Shown here: in pieces, positions 10,488-18,751 of the stretch
Layout of the letters: every line of letters starts with the position of its first letter
Numbering within the stretch: position 1 is the first letter of the stretch
Origin: Chloroflexota bacterium
Lineage (GTDB): Bacteria > Chloroflexota > Anaerolineae > UBA2200 > JACIWT01
DNA: 64,000 nt
Assembly (NCBI GenBank): GCA_014360825.1
Contig: JACIWT010000002.1
Span: 14,782 to 78,781 of the forward strand
Reading direction: 5' to 3'
Program-made: the position numbers and the translations under genes
The notes under the pieces: model-generated
What the model was told of the DNA's origin: nothing
Database searches by the model: none
Seen by the model: only the letters and a program-made list of their open reading frames with translations

Positions 10488-10943
10488 TCACGACTGGCTA
10501 CCCTGTGCAGCCCGAGCCTCTCTGGCTTTGTGCAAGGCGAGGGATTCGCTTGCCAGCATACTGAATGTAGTCCCATCCAGTGTTTCCAACAACTGTGTTT
10601 GGGCTGTTTTCAGTACTCGCGCGACGGCGCAGGTTTCCACGCGCGGGCATCCCTCCTGAATGTTCAGACACCGGCTCAGTGAAATCGGGCCCTGCAACGC
10701 TTCGATGACCTGGCGCAGTGTGATCTCACAAGCGGGCCGCGCCAAAGAGAATCCTCCTTTCACACCCCGATGTGAGTGAACCAGACCCCCTTTGGCTAGA
10801 TCCTGAAAGATCTTGGCCAAGTAACTTTCTGGTATATCCTGGCTTTTGGCGATTTCATGGAGCAAAGTTACCTTCTCAAACGGCTGCGTAGCCAGATACA
10901 AGATGCCAAGTATGCCGTAGTCTATCCCCCGGGTTATTTTCAC
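10488..10943 (-). CDS. Rrf2-family transcriptional regulator with three Cys (likely Fe-S cluster ligands; IscR/NsrR-like)
   Basis: N-term KITRGIDYGILGILYLA wHTH. Cys cluster CLNIQEGCPRVETC. GTG start preceded by AGGGAGGT (the track ORF extends 44 codons further upstream). Confidence 0.8.
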   Translation of the reverse strand: MKITRGIDYGILGILYLATQPFEKVTLLHEIAKSQDIPESYLAKIFQDLAKGGLVHSHRGVKGGFSLARPACEITLRQVIEALQGPISLSRCLNIQEGCPRVETCAVARVLKTAQTQLLETLDGTTFSMLASESLALHKAREARAAQGSQS

Positions 10944-11089
10944 AATCTGGACCTCCCTTTGCGTGCGAGAAATTTGTTCCCGCTGAGATTGTAATGCAAG
11001 AATACCGAGAACACAAGCGCAATGTGCTCTCTTAACGCGCCGTGAACCAGAGGGCCTATGGACGAATTCCATCATATTTTCACATGAAC

Positions 11090-11118
11090 TTGACGAAATT
11101 CGTGATCTGTGGTATAAT
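11090..11118 (+). promoter_or_regulatory. sigma70-like promoter TTGACG -17- TATAAT for the AsnC-REC operon, with palindrome ACGAAATTCGT in the spacer
   Basis: -35 at 11090-11095, -10 at 11113-11118. 11-bp perfect palindrome at 11093-11103; a related ACGAATTCC half-copy at 11062-11070. Confidence 0.5.
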
Positions 11119-11145
11119 TACTAACGAAAGGAGCGGAAATTACCT

Positions 11146-11982
11146 TTGGGATATGCGATGGATGCGATAGACCGCCAAATCATCGCCTTGCTGCAAACGG
11201 ACGGACGTATGTCCAACGTGGACATCGCGCGCACCATTGGCGTCGCAGAGGCTACCGTGCGCAAGCGGATTGACCGCTTGCTGAGCGAGGGCCTAGTGCG
11301 TGTTGTGGCCATGCCAGCCGTAGATAGATTGGGCTTGGAAGTCGAAACAGTCATCATGCTCAAAGTCGATCTTGGACAAGTTGCCCGCATTGGCGAACAA
11401 TTGGCAGCCATGAAAGAGGTGCGGTCCGTCAAATATACCACTGGCGAATACGACATTATCCTAGAGGCAGTTTTCCCTTCCGATGAGGATTTGCTCCGAT
11501 TTTTGACCAGCCGCCTTGCCAGAATACAAGGCATCCGAGCCACTGCTACCTCTCACGTCTTGAAGAATGTCAAACAATCTAGCGACTGGATACTGCCGCG
11601 GGAAGGCCCTCCCCTCATCCTGATTGTGGATGATGACCCGGATTTCGTCGAGGCCAGCCGGATCGTGTTAGAGACCGCCGGTTATCAAGTCATCTCGGCG
11701 ACCAGTGGAGAACAAGGGTTGCGTGCAATGCGCCAGGCACGGCCAGATCTTGTGATCCTCGACGTGATGATGAGCGGTATTTTGGATGGGCTTGACGCCA
11801 GCATGCGGATGAAAACAGAACGTGACCTTAGAAGAACGCCAGTATTGATGATCTCTTCTATTACCACTTCTGATTACGCTGCGATGTTCCCCACTGATGA
11901 ATACGTTCCGGTCGAGAACTTTCTCTCTAAGCCAGTGAGCCCCAACCAGTTGTTGGCAGAGGTCAAGCGGCTATTGGAATAG
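11146..11982 (+). CDS. Lrp/AsnC-family regulator (HTH + RAM domain) fused to a C-terminal CheY-like receiver domain
   Basis: N-term IDRQIIALLQTDGRMSNVDIARTIGVAEATVRKRIDRL plus RAM-like segment. C-term LILIVDDDPDF...LDVMM...SSIT...SKP receiver with the FPTDEY motif. Confidence 0.85.
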   Translation: MGYAMDAIDRQIIALLQTDGRMSNVDIARTIGVAEATVRKRIDRLLSEGLVRVVAMPAVDRLGLEVETVIMLKVDLGQVARIGEQLAAMKEVRSVKYTTGEYDIILEAVFPSDEDLLRFLTSRLARIQGIRATATSHVLKNVKQSSDWILPREGPPLILIVDDDPDFVEASRIVLETAGYQVISATSGEQGLRAMRQARPDLVILDVMMSGILDGLDASMRMKTERDLRRTPVLMISSITTSDYAAMFPTDEYVPVENFLSKPVSPNQLLAEVKRLLE

Positions 11983-12021
11983 CAGTAGGAGTTACATCCC
12001 ACATTTCTACAAGGAGGTGAT

Positions 12022-12399
12022 ATGGCCAAAATCTTAGTGGTTGACGACGATCCAGATTTCGTGGAAATCACGAGAACGATTCTAGAGGCGAACGGCTATG
12101 AGGTGAGTACGGCGGCCAACGGCGATCAGGCACTCAACTCGATGCGCAAAGATGTCCCAGATCTGGTGCTGCTGGACGTGATGATGTCCACCCTACTGGA
12201 TGGGCTTAATTTGAGCCACGTCATGAGCGGAGATCCTGTGCTCAAACAAGTGCCGATCATTATGGTCTCTTCTATCACCGATAGCCCACATGCAGGCATG
12301 TTCCCTACAGATGAGTACATACCCATTGATGCTTGGATCTCCAAACCCGTCCAACCCGATGATCTTCTGAAGAAAGTTGCGCAGTACATCAAGAAGTAG
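12022..12399 (+). CDS. single-domain response regulator receiver protein (REC paralog B)
   Basis: KILVVDDDPDF, LLDVMMS, SSIT, FPTDEY, SKPV. All canonical phospho-acceptor residues present. Confidence 0.85.
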   Translation: MAKILVVDDDPDFVEITRTILEANGYEVSTAANGDQALNSMRKDVPDLVLLDVMMSTLLDGLNLSHVMSGDPVLKQVPIIMVSSITDSPHAGMFPTDEYIPIDAWISKPVQPDDLLKKVAQYIKK

Positions 12400-12415
12400 C
12401 CGAGGAGCCGACCCA

Positions 12416-12832
12416 ATGCCCCCTGTAGGTAAAATCCTAGTGGTGGACGACGACCCAGACTTTGTGGAGTACACGCGCATTGTGCTCGAGTCCCAAGGGT
12501 ATCAGGTGCAAACTGCTGCCACGGCTGAACTGGCTCTTCAGATGATGCGCGAAGACAAGCCAGACGTCGTGCTCCTCGATGTGATGATTTCCTATGTGTT
12601 GGACGGCTTGAATGTCACGCGGCGAATGCGTGATGACCCAAATCTCAGAGATGTGCCTGTGATCATGATCTCGGCGATCGTGAGCAGAGAGGAGGCAGGG
12701 CTATTTCCGACAGATGAGTATCTATCTGTGGATGCATTCCTGACCAAACCCATTGACCCAGCTGATCTGCTGAAGCAAGTGGACAGGCTAATCCAACGCC
12801 GCAACAACGGCGGGACAAAAAAGGAGGGATGA
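12416..12832 (+). CDS. single-domain response regulator receiver protein (REC paralog C); stop overlaps the nuoE start (ATGA)
   Basis: KILVVDDDPDF, LLDVMIS, SAIV, FPTDEY, TKPI. ATG at 12416 preceded by GAGGAG. Confidence 0.85.
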   Translation: MPPVGKILVVDDDPDFVEYTRIVLESQGYQVQTAATAELALQMMREDKPDVVLLDVMISYVLDGLNVTRRMRDDPNLRDVPVIMISAIVSREEAGLFPTDEYLSVDAFLTKPIDPADLLKQVDRLIQRRNNGGTKKEG

Positions 12833-13287
12833 TGGAACCAGAAGTTAGGGTGGCCGATCCGGCCAGACGTTCTATGCTGTTGACTGCTCTTTACATAGCC
12901 CAAGAACAATATGGCTACTTGACCAGAGATGCCATCGAACGTGTAGCCAACCGGTTGGGGCTTCCTTTGACCGAAGTGTATTCGATGGCCAGTTTCTACA
13001 CCTTGTACCGCACCCAACCCACGGGACGCTACGTACTGCAGGTCTGCGAAGGACTCTCGTGCCACTTGGTGGGTGGCGCGGAACGACTGGTTGATTACCT
13101 GCGCAAGAAACTCGGCATCGAAGTTGGTGAGACAACCAAAGATGGTCTATTCACGCTGCAGACTGTGCAATGCCTGGCCTCCTGCGGTACGTCTCCGGCC
13201 ATGCGCGTGAACGACGCGCTCTACGAAAACATGACTGCAGAGAAAGTGGATGAATTAATCGAGACGCTAAGGGGGTACCATGTTTGA
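12829..13287 (+). CDS. nuoE: NuoE/HoxE/FdsG-like NAD(H)-dependent oxidoreductase 24-kDa subunit (thioredoxin-like [2Fe-2S])
   Basis: CEGLSCHLVGG ... CLASCGTSPAM Cys pattern. Confidence 0.9.
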   Translation: MMEPEVRVADPARRSMLLTALYIAQEQYGYLTRDAIERVANRLGLPLTEVYSMASFYTLYRTQPTGRYVLQVCEGLSCHLVGGAERLVDYLRKKLGIEVGETTKDGLFTLQTVQCLASCGTSPAMRVNDALYENMTAEKVDELIETLRGYHV

Positions 13288-14548
13288 GAAAGTTTTGACG
13301 CGTAATTTTGGCTTGCCCCGGTCGGAAACCATTGATGTCTACATAGCCAATGGCGGCTACCAGGCTCTCCCCAAGGTGCTGCGCGAGTACACACCGGAGC
13401 AGGTGATCGAGATCGTTACCGCTTCGGGATTGCGCGGCCGCGGCGGTGCTGGCTTCCCGGCGGGCAGAAAGTGGAGTTTTATGCCCAAGGATCCAGACAT
13501 CGAGAAATACGTCTGTGTAAACACAGATGAGGGAGAGCCCGGCACGTTCAAAGACCGCGAACTGGTGGAGAAAGACCCCCATCAAATTATCGAGGGCGTG
13601 ATTATCGCCAGTTATGCGGTCGGCGCCCACCGCGCCTTTGTTTATATCCGCGGGGAATTCTTCCTTGGCGTAAAGCGCTGGATTAAGGCCATTGATGATG
13701 CCTACGCCAAGGGTTTCCTGGGCAAGAATATCTTGGGTAGTGGCTTTTCCTTAGATCTATCTGTGCACCGCGGCGCTGGCGCTTACATTTGCGGTGAAGA
13801 AACTGCCCTGATCGAATCGTTGGAGGGCAAACGTGGTGAGCCCCGGAAGAAGCCACCTTACCCTGCAAGCGTGGGCTTGTGGGGCAAACCGACCCTGGTG
13901 CACAATGTAGAGACGTTGGCCAATGTCCCCCATATCATCAACCGGGGTGCTAAATGGTATACCAGCATGGGCACACCTAAGAGCACTGGCCCCAAGATTT
14001 TCTGCGTTAGCGGGCATGTCAGGAACCGCGGCATATTCGAACTGCCACTTGGAGTACCCTTGAGGGAGATCATTTACGAGCATGCTGGTGGGATGGCTTT
14101 CGACAAAAAGTTGAAAGCCATCATCCCTGGCGGTGCTTCCACGCCTATGCTCACGCCGGACCAGATAGATATCACTATGGATTTTGAATCGCTGGAGGCG
14201 GCCGGAAGTATGCTTGGGACCGGGGCGATCATTGTTATGAATGAAGATACTTGCATGGTGGATGTGGCGCGGCGGTTGATGCATTTCTTCGCCCACGAGT
14301 CCTGTGGACGTTGCACGCCTTGCCGAGTGGGCACACATCACATGCTGAGTATTCTGGAGCGCCTGGAGCATGGCGAAGGCAAGCCAGAGGATATGGAGAG
14401 CTTGGAGGAAATCGCCCGAGGCATGCGGGGCCTGACTTTTTGTCCGATGGGAGATGCGGCAGCAAACCCAATTCTGAGTGGGCTGAAACTCTTCCGGGAT
14501 GAATATGAATATCATGTCAAACAAAAACGCTGCGCTGTCGCGGCATAG
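13280..14548 (+). CDS. nuoF: NuoF/HoxF/FdsB-like 51-kDa subunit (NADH- and FMN-binding, [4Fe-4S])
   Basis: GRGGAGFPAGRKW, ICGEETALIESLEGKRGEPR, ESCGRCTPCRVG. Confidence 0.9.
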   Translation: MFEKVLTRNFGLPRSETIDVYIANGGYQALPKVLREYTPEQVIEIVTASGLRGRGGAGFPAGRKWSFMPKDPDIEKYVCVNTDEGEPGTFKDRELVEKDPHQIIEGVIIASYAVGAHRAFVYIRGEFFLGVKRWIKAIDDAYAKGFLGKNILGSGFSLDLSVHRGAGAYICGEETALIESLEGKRGEPRKKPPYPASVGLWGKPTLVHNVETLANVPHIINRGAKWYTSMGTPKSTGPKIFCVSGHVRNRGIFELPLGVPLREIIYEHAGGMAFDKKLKAIIPGGASTPMLTPDQIDITMDFESLEAAGSMLGTGAIIVMNEDTCMVDVARRLMHFFAHESCGRCTPCRVGTHHMLSILERLEHGEGKPEDMESLEEIARGMRGLTFCPMGDAAANPILSGLKLFRDEYEYHVKQKRCAVAA

Positions 14549-14579
14549 TGAAAAGGTGACCTGTGGTGAGGAGGAAGAT

Positions 14580-14957
14580 ATGGCAAAGATTCTAATTGTG
14601 GATGATGACCCAGATTTTGTGGAAGCCACGCGTATGACTCTGGAAGCCAATGGTTACCAGGTGATCAGCGCTGGCAGCGGAGATGAGGGCCTGGCCAAAG
14701 TGAAAGCAGAAGCACCAGACTTGGTGATCCTGGATGTGATCATGTCATCGGTGTTAGATGGCTTGAGCATGAGCCAGCGCATGCAGGAGAACCCAGAGCA
14801 TAAGAGAATCCCTATTTTGATGGTTACCTCTATTGCCAACACGGACTACGCAGCGCTGTTCCCGACTGACGAATACATTAGCATCGATGGCTTTCTCTCT
14901 AAGCCAGTGCCACCGGCTGTCTTGTTGCAACGCGTTGCGGAACTGTTGGGTCGGTAA
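14580..14957 (+). CDS. single-domain response regulator receiver protein (REC paralog D)
   Basis: KILIVDDDPDF, ILDVIMS, TSIA, FPTDEY, SKPV. ATG preceded by GAGGAGGAAG. Confidence 0.85.
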   Translation: MAKILIVDDDPDFVEATRMTLEANGYQVISAGSGDEGLAKVKAEAPDLVILDVIMSSVLDGLSMSQRMQENPEHKRIPILMVTSIANTDYAALFPTDEYISIDGFLSKPVPPAVLLQRVAELLGR

Positions 14958-14964
14958 AATCCAA

Positions 14965-15012
14965 GATCCTCCCGCAGGTTTCGTCTCCAGAACTTCGCCC
15001 TGCGGGAGGATC
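14965..15012 (+). other. perfect 14-bp inverted repeat GATCCTCCCGCAGG / CCTGCGGGAGGATC with a 20-nt loop, 8 nt after the REC-D stop; no U-tract
   Basis: Seen directly in sequence. Could be an RNA stem-loop (processing/stability element) or a protein-binding palindrome. Confidence 0.4.
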
Positions 15013-15099
15013 GGACTACCACGGGAACGCATTTGGATTCACTACTGCAGTACACCAGTGAGCGTTGTTTTGTTTGATGGTGAGTAGGAGGATAGTGAT

Positions 15100-15579
15100 A
15101 TGCCCAAACCGAAAATCAAAGCCGGCGGTATAATTCGCAATGAACATCTGGCTAAAATAGGCGTTTTTTCTGCCCCTGACCGATGTGGCCTGGCCTGTGA
15201 TGTGCTACGCGCTCTCGGGGATCGAGAAATCAACGTTGAATTCATCGTCCAATGTACTGACCTGGCAAATAACAGCCATATTGTCTTGTGCGTACGGGAA
15301 GATGTGCTCGATGCAGCTCTCGCTGCACTCAAGCCTGTGCAAGCCACGGTAAGGGCACAGGACATCGTCAGCCAGCGCAACATGGCTGTCATTTCCATCT
15401 TTGGCCCCGATTTCCGAGAGCGGCCCGCCATAGCAGCGGCAGTTTTTGAGGCCATGGCTTCCGTAGGGATCAACATCATAGCGATCAGCACCTCCATTTC
15501 TACGGTCTCGTGCCTCATTGATGGCGATAAGGTGGACGATGCCGTAGTGGCCTTACGGGATCACTTCGAACTCCCTTGA
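15100..15579 (+). CDS. tandem ACT-domain protein (aspartokinase regulatory beta-subunit-like)
   Basis: Two ACT-like beta-alpha-beta-beta-alpha-beta repeats (AVISIFGPDF...GINIIAISTS). SD AGGAGG upstream. Confidence 0.65.
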   Translation: MPKPKIKAGGIIRNEHLAKIGVFSAPDRCGLACDVLRALGDREINVEFIVQCTDLANNSHIVLCVREDVLDAALAALKPVQATVRAQDIVSQRNMAVISIFGPDFRERPAIAAAVFEAMASVGINIIAISTSISTVSCLIDGDKVDDAVVALRDHFELP

Positions 15580-15707
15580 ACTGCGCTTGGAGTCACTGGT
15601 CAGGATTCTTTGTCTGTAACATCTGACTCTTGAATCTCACGCTTTCACATATTCAACCTGAGGGTATTAAAAGGCTGTGCCTGAATCGGCAAGGGAAGGG
15701 GCTGGAC

Positions 15708-17099
15708 ATGGCTGACGTGTTGCATACACCTACCGAGCAAGAATTAAGGGATCGGACAGACTGGCTGATCCGTGCCCGTTGGCTTGTGGCTTCTGGTGAA
15801 CTTTTCGTTGTCTTGGTGGCGAACTACCTCTTGCCCGAAACTTTGCCGATGCTCTCCCTTCTGGCCACGATAGCGAGCCTTTGTATATGCAACACCATTT
15901 TCACCTTTTACTCCCAGCAGTTACGCTCCGTGAGCGCCTCTTCCCAGCATTACGTTCGCTTCACTCACTTTCAACTCACATTCGACATTCTATTTCTGAC
16001 GATCTTCCTGCATTTCTTCGGCGGATTAGAAACGCCTTTCTTCATTTTCTATCTCATCTACGTAGTCATCGCTAGCATCCTCTTGCCCAACAAGACCGCT
16101 TTCATCTATGCAGGTTTAGTCAGCCTGTTCTATCTCGCCTTGCTCATTTTGGAGTGGCGGGGCTTGATCCCTCACTACAACCTGGCTGGGTTCCGCATCC
16201 CGATACGATTCCAACAGCCCATTCACATCTTCACTGCCGTCTTCACCTTGGCCGCCACCGCTTTCCCGACCGCGTATTTCGCCTCCAACATCGTGGCTCG
16301 GTTAAACGAAAGGGAAAAGGAGTTGATCGAAGCCAACCTATCCTGTGAGACGAGAGCCCAGGAACTGGCGGAACTGAACGCCCGACTAGAGAGATTGGAA
16401 AAGGATAGGTCCCAGTTCATTCGCTTGGTCACGCACGAACTACGAGCCCCTGTGGCTGCCATCCAAAGCTATCTTCGACTGATCCTGGAGGGTTACGTTC
16501 CACCCGAGAAGCAACGAGAAATCATCGAGAAATCGGAGCGGCGGGCGCTGGAGCAATTGGCTCTGATTAGCGACCTGCTGGACCTGGCACGATTGCAAGA
16601 GCGGCGGGAAGAGGAACGTAAAGTCGAACTAGTGGATGTAGCCGAGGTCTTGCAGGGTGTCACAGACTTAATGCAGGCCCGCGCCGAGGAAAAGGACCTT
16701 CTGTTCACAGTGCAGATAGACCCTGGTGTGCCACCAGTACAGGCTAACCTCGAGCATGTTAAGCAACTGTGGACAAACCTCATTAGCAATGCCATCAAGT
16801 ACACCGAACCCGGCGGCATCGTAGTGGTTAGCCTATCGCAAAATCCCAATTATGTGGTGGGAATGGTGCGTGATACAGGTATTGGCATGACCCCAGAACA
16901 GTTGGCGCATATTTTCGAGGAGTTCTACCGCACGGATGAGGCGAAGGCAATGGAGCGCCAGGGTACTGGTCTGGGCCTTTCTATCGTCAAACGCATTGTG
17001 GAAACGTACGGTGGAAGAATCTGGGTGGAGTCAGAAAAGGGTAAAGGCAGCAAGTTCAGTTTTGCCTTGCCCAAGGCACCGTCACGAAAGGGTATATAG
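15708..17099 (+). CDS. membrane-embedded sensor histidine kinase (multi-TM N-domain, HisKA, HATPase_c)
   Basis: ~6 hydrophobic helices. H-box LVTHELRAPVAAIQSY. G-box GTGLGLSIVKRIVETYGGRIWVESE. Start at the ATG after GGAAGGGG. Confidence 0.85.
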   Translation: MADVLHTPTEQELRDRTDWLIRARWLVASGELFVVLVANYLLPETLPMLSLLATIASLCICNTIFTFYSQQLRSVSASSQHYVRFTHFQLTFDILFLTIFLHFFGGLETPFFIFYLIYVVIASILLPNKTAFIYAGLVSLFYLALLILEWRGLIPHYNLAGFRIPIRFQQPIHIFTAVFTLAATAFPTAYFASNIVARLNEREKELIEANLSCETRAQELAELNARLERLEKDRSQFIRLVTHELRAPVAAIQSYLRLILEGYVPPEKQREIIEKSERRALEQLALISDLLDLARLQERREEERKVELVDVAEVLQGVTDLMQARAEEKDLLFTVQIDPGVPPVQANLEHVKQLWTNLISNAIKYTEPGGIVVVSLSQNPNYVVGMVRDTGIGMTPEQLAHIFEEFYRTDEAKAMERQGTGLGLSIVKRIVETYGGRIWVESEKGKGSKFSFALPKAPSRKGI

Positions 17100-17168
17100 T
17101 CCAAACAGGGAAGACAGCTATCCACCAGTGGATGGTCGTTTTTTCCTCAATACTAGAATACTAGCCCT

Positions 17169-17639
17169 CTACAACGCACCCATCACGCGATCCAATTTTA
17201 AGCCTTTGGCTTGTCTCAATCGCTTGCTGATTACTTCTGCCAGTTTCTTCATCACTACAAATCCGATGTGACTGTCCTGTTCCATTAACCCGTTCATGGC
17301 TTTGCCCTCAATGGCGATGAGGCGAACATCGCTGATGCAACGGGCAGAGGCAGTAAGTCGGCGCGGCCTCACCAGTGCTGACCAGCCGATTACATCACCC
17401 GGTTGGTCTACCACAATCGTAGTATCCTGGCAGGCATCCGGCTGGGGGCAAACCTCGTATTCCAGGCTCACCTTGCCTTCTTGGAGGATATACAGCATAT
17501 TGGCTTCTTCACCCTTGCTGAAAATATACGCTCCTTTGGCGTGATGTTCCTCGCGGCACAAGGGGATTATTTTCTGCAAGTCTTCGTCTCCCAACTCGGA
17601 GAATAACTCACTTGCTCGCAATGTCTCAATCTTGACCAT
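17169..17639 (-). CDS. cyclic-nucleotide-binding domain protein (CAP-like effector domain only, no HTH)
   Basis: Beta-roll cNMP-binding fold signature (GDVIGWSALV..RRLTASARC). Confidence 0.75.
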   Translation of the reverse strand: MVKIETLRASELFSELGDEDLQKIIPLCREEHHAKGAYIFSKGEEANMLYILQEGKVSLEYEVCPQPDACQDTTIVVDQPGDVIGWSALVRPRRLTASARCISDVRLIAIEGKAMNGLMEQDSHIGFVVMKKLAEVISKRLRQAKGLKLDRVMGAL

Positions 17640-17725
17640 TGTGTCTCCTCATTAGATATCAGGCTGATGCTTTAGCGCGCCGTATTCTACCTCACCGGCT
17701 ACTCTCAGGCAATTCCATGTTTCAT

Positions 17726-18751
17726 TCAACAGATTCGTGGCAGTTGCGCACCGGTGAGCATCTCCAAAACCCGATGGGCACCGAGGGTAGTGCGTAACAC
17801 GACGCGCCTGGGGTGCGCCGAGGTGACGCGGCCGATCACCGCGGCCTGCTGGCCGTACTGGTGTCCGTGCATTGCTGCCAGGACAGAGTCTTCGGCTGGG
17901 GGCGGCACGATGGCTACCAATTTGCCCTCATTGGCGACATAAAGTGGGTCCAGTCCGAGCAACTCGCAGGCAGCCTTTACGCCCTCCGGTACTGGTATAC
18001 AGGCTTCTTCTATCTCAATCCCTACCTGGCTCTGGGTGGCAAGTTCATTGAGCGTTGTTGCCAAGCCACCGCGTGTGGGATCGCGCAGACAATGGATGCG
18101 AGCGTCTGCTTTTAACATTGCGTCTACGAGGCCGTTCAGCGGGGCGCAATCGCTGTTCAGGGGGAATGAGAAACGCAATCCTTCACGCTGGCTGAGAATA
18201 GCCAGGCCGTGAGCCCCAATAGGTCCGCTGAGAATGACCACGTCACCTGGCTGCGCGTTGGCTCCGGAGATGGAAATCCCCGCTGGTAGCACACCTATCC
18301 CTGCCGTGTTAATAAAGAGCGAATCGGCGCTACCTCGATCCACGACTTTGGTGTCGCCAGCGATAATCTCTACACCAGCCTCGCGCGCTGTCTGAGCCAT
18401 GGAAACCACCACCCGCTCCAGATCCACCAGTGGCAAGCCCTCCTCCAGAATGAAGCCCGCCGTCAGATAGAGTGGCTGTGCGCCTACCATTGCCAAGTCG
18501 TTAACCGTGCCACAAACGGCGAGTCTGCCAATGTCCCCACCAGGAAAAAAGATCGGTTGGACCACATAACAGTCGGTGGTCAGTGCTAGTCGCGTTTCGG
18601 TGGACGCGGTCAAAGCCCAAACCGCTGCGTCATCTTGTCTATCAAGCCATGGATTTCGGAAGTGCTTGACAAATACAGCGCGGATCAAGTCGTGGGTGAG
18701 TTTACCCCCGCTACCATGAGCCAGGAGGATAGTATCCTGAGACATCTTCAT
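17726..18751 (-). CDS. hypE: [NiFe] hydrogenase maturation protein HypE
   Basis: ILLAHGSGG N-term, AIR-synthase-like fold, C-terminal ...PRIC. ATG overlaps the hypD stop (ATGA). Confidence 0.9.
   Translation of the reverse strand: MKMSQDTILLAHGSGGKLTHDLIRAVFVKHFRNPWLDRQDDAAVWALTASTETRLALTTDCYVVQPIFFPGGDIGRLAVCGTVNDLAMVGAQPLYLTAGFILEEGLPLVDLERVVVSMAQTAREAGVEIIAGDTKVVDRGSADSLFINTAGIGVLPAGISISGANAQPGDVVILSGPIGAHGLAILSQREGLRFSFPLNSDCAPLNGLVDAMLKADARIHCLRDPTRGGLATTLNELATQSQVGIEIEEACIPVPEGVKAACELLGLDPLYVANEGKLVAIVPPPAEDSVLAAMHGHQYGQQAAVIGRVTSAHPRRVVLRTTLGAHRVLEMLTGAQLPRIC

Noticed and set aside
13757-14650. 297-aa ORF on the minus strand inside nuoF (and similar long antisense ORFs: 30668-31378, 33825-34370, 35396-35962, 39016-39837, 44591-45211, 46337-46900, 60449-61018)
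   Set aside because: These are shadow ORFs typical of high-GC DNA antisense to strongly supported genes. They have low-complexity Arg/Ser/Pro-rich translations and no motifs.
17100-17168. Possible intrinsic terminator after the histidine kinase (CCACCAGTGGATGG...TTTTTCC)
   Set aside because: The stem is only ~6 bp with a 2-nt loop, too weak to call. The convergent gene arrangement may rely on Rho or other signals.
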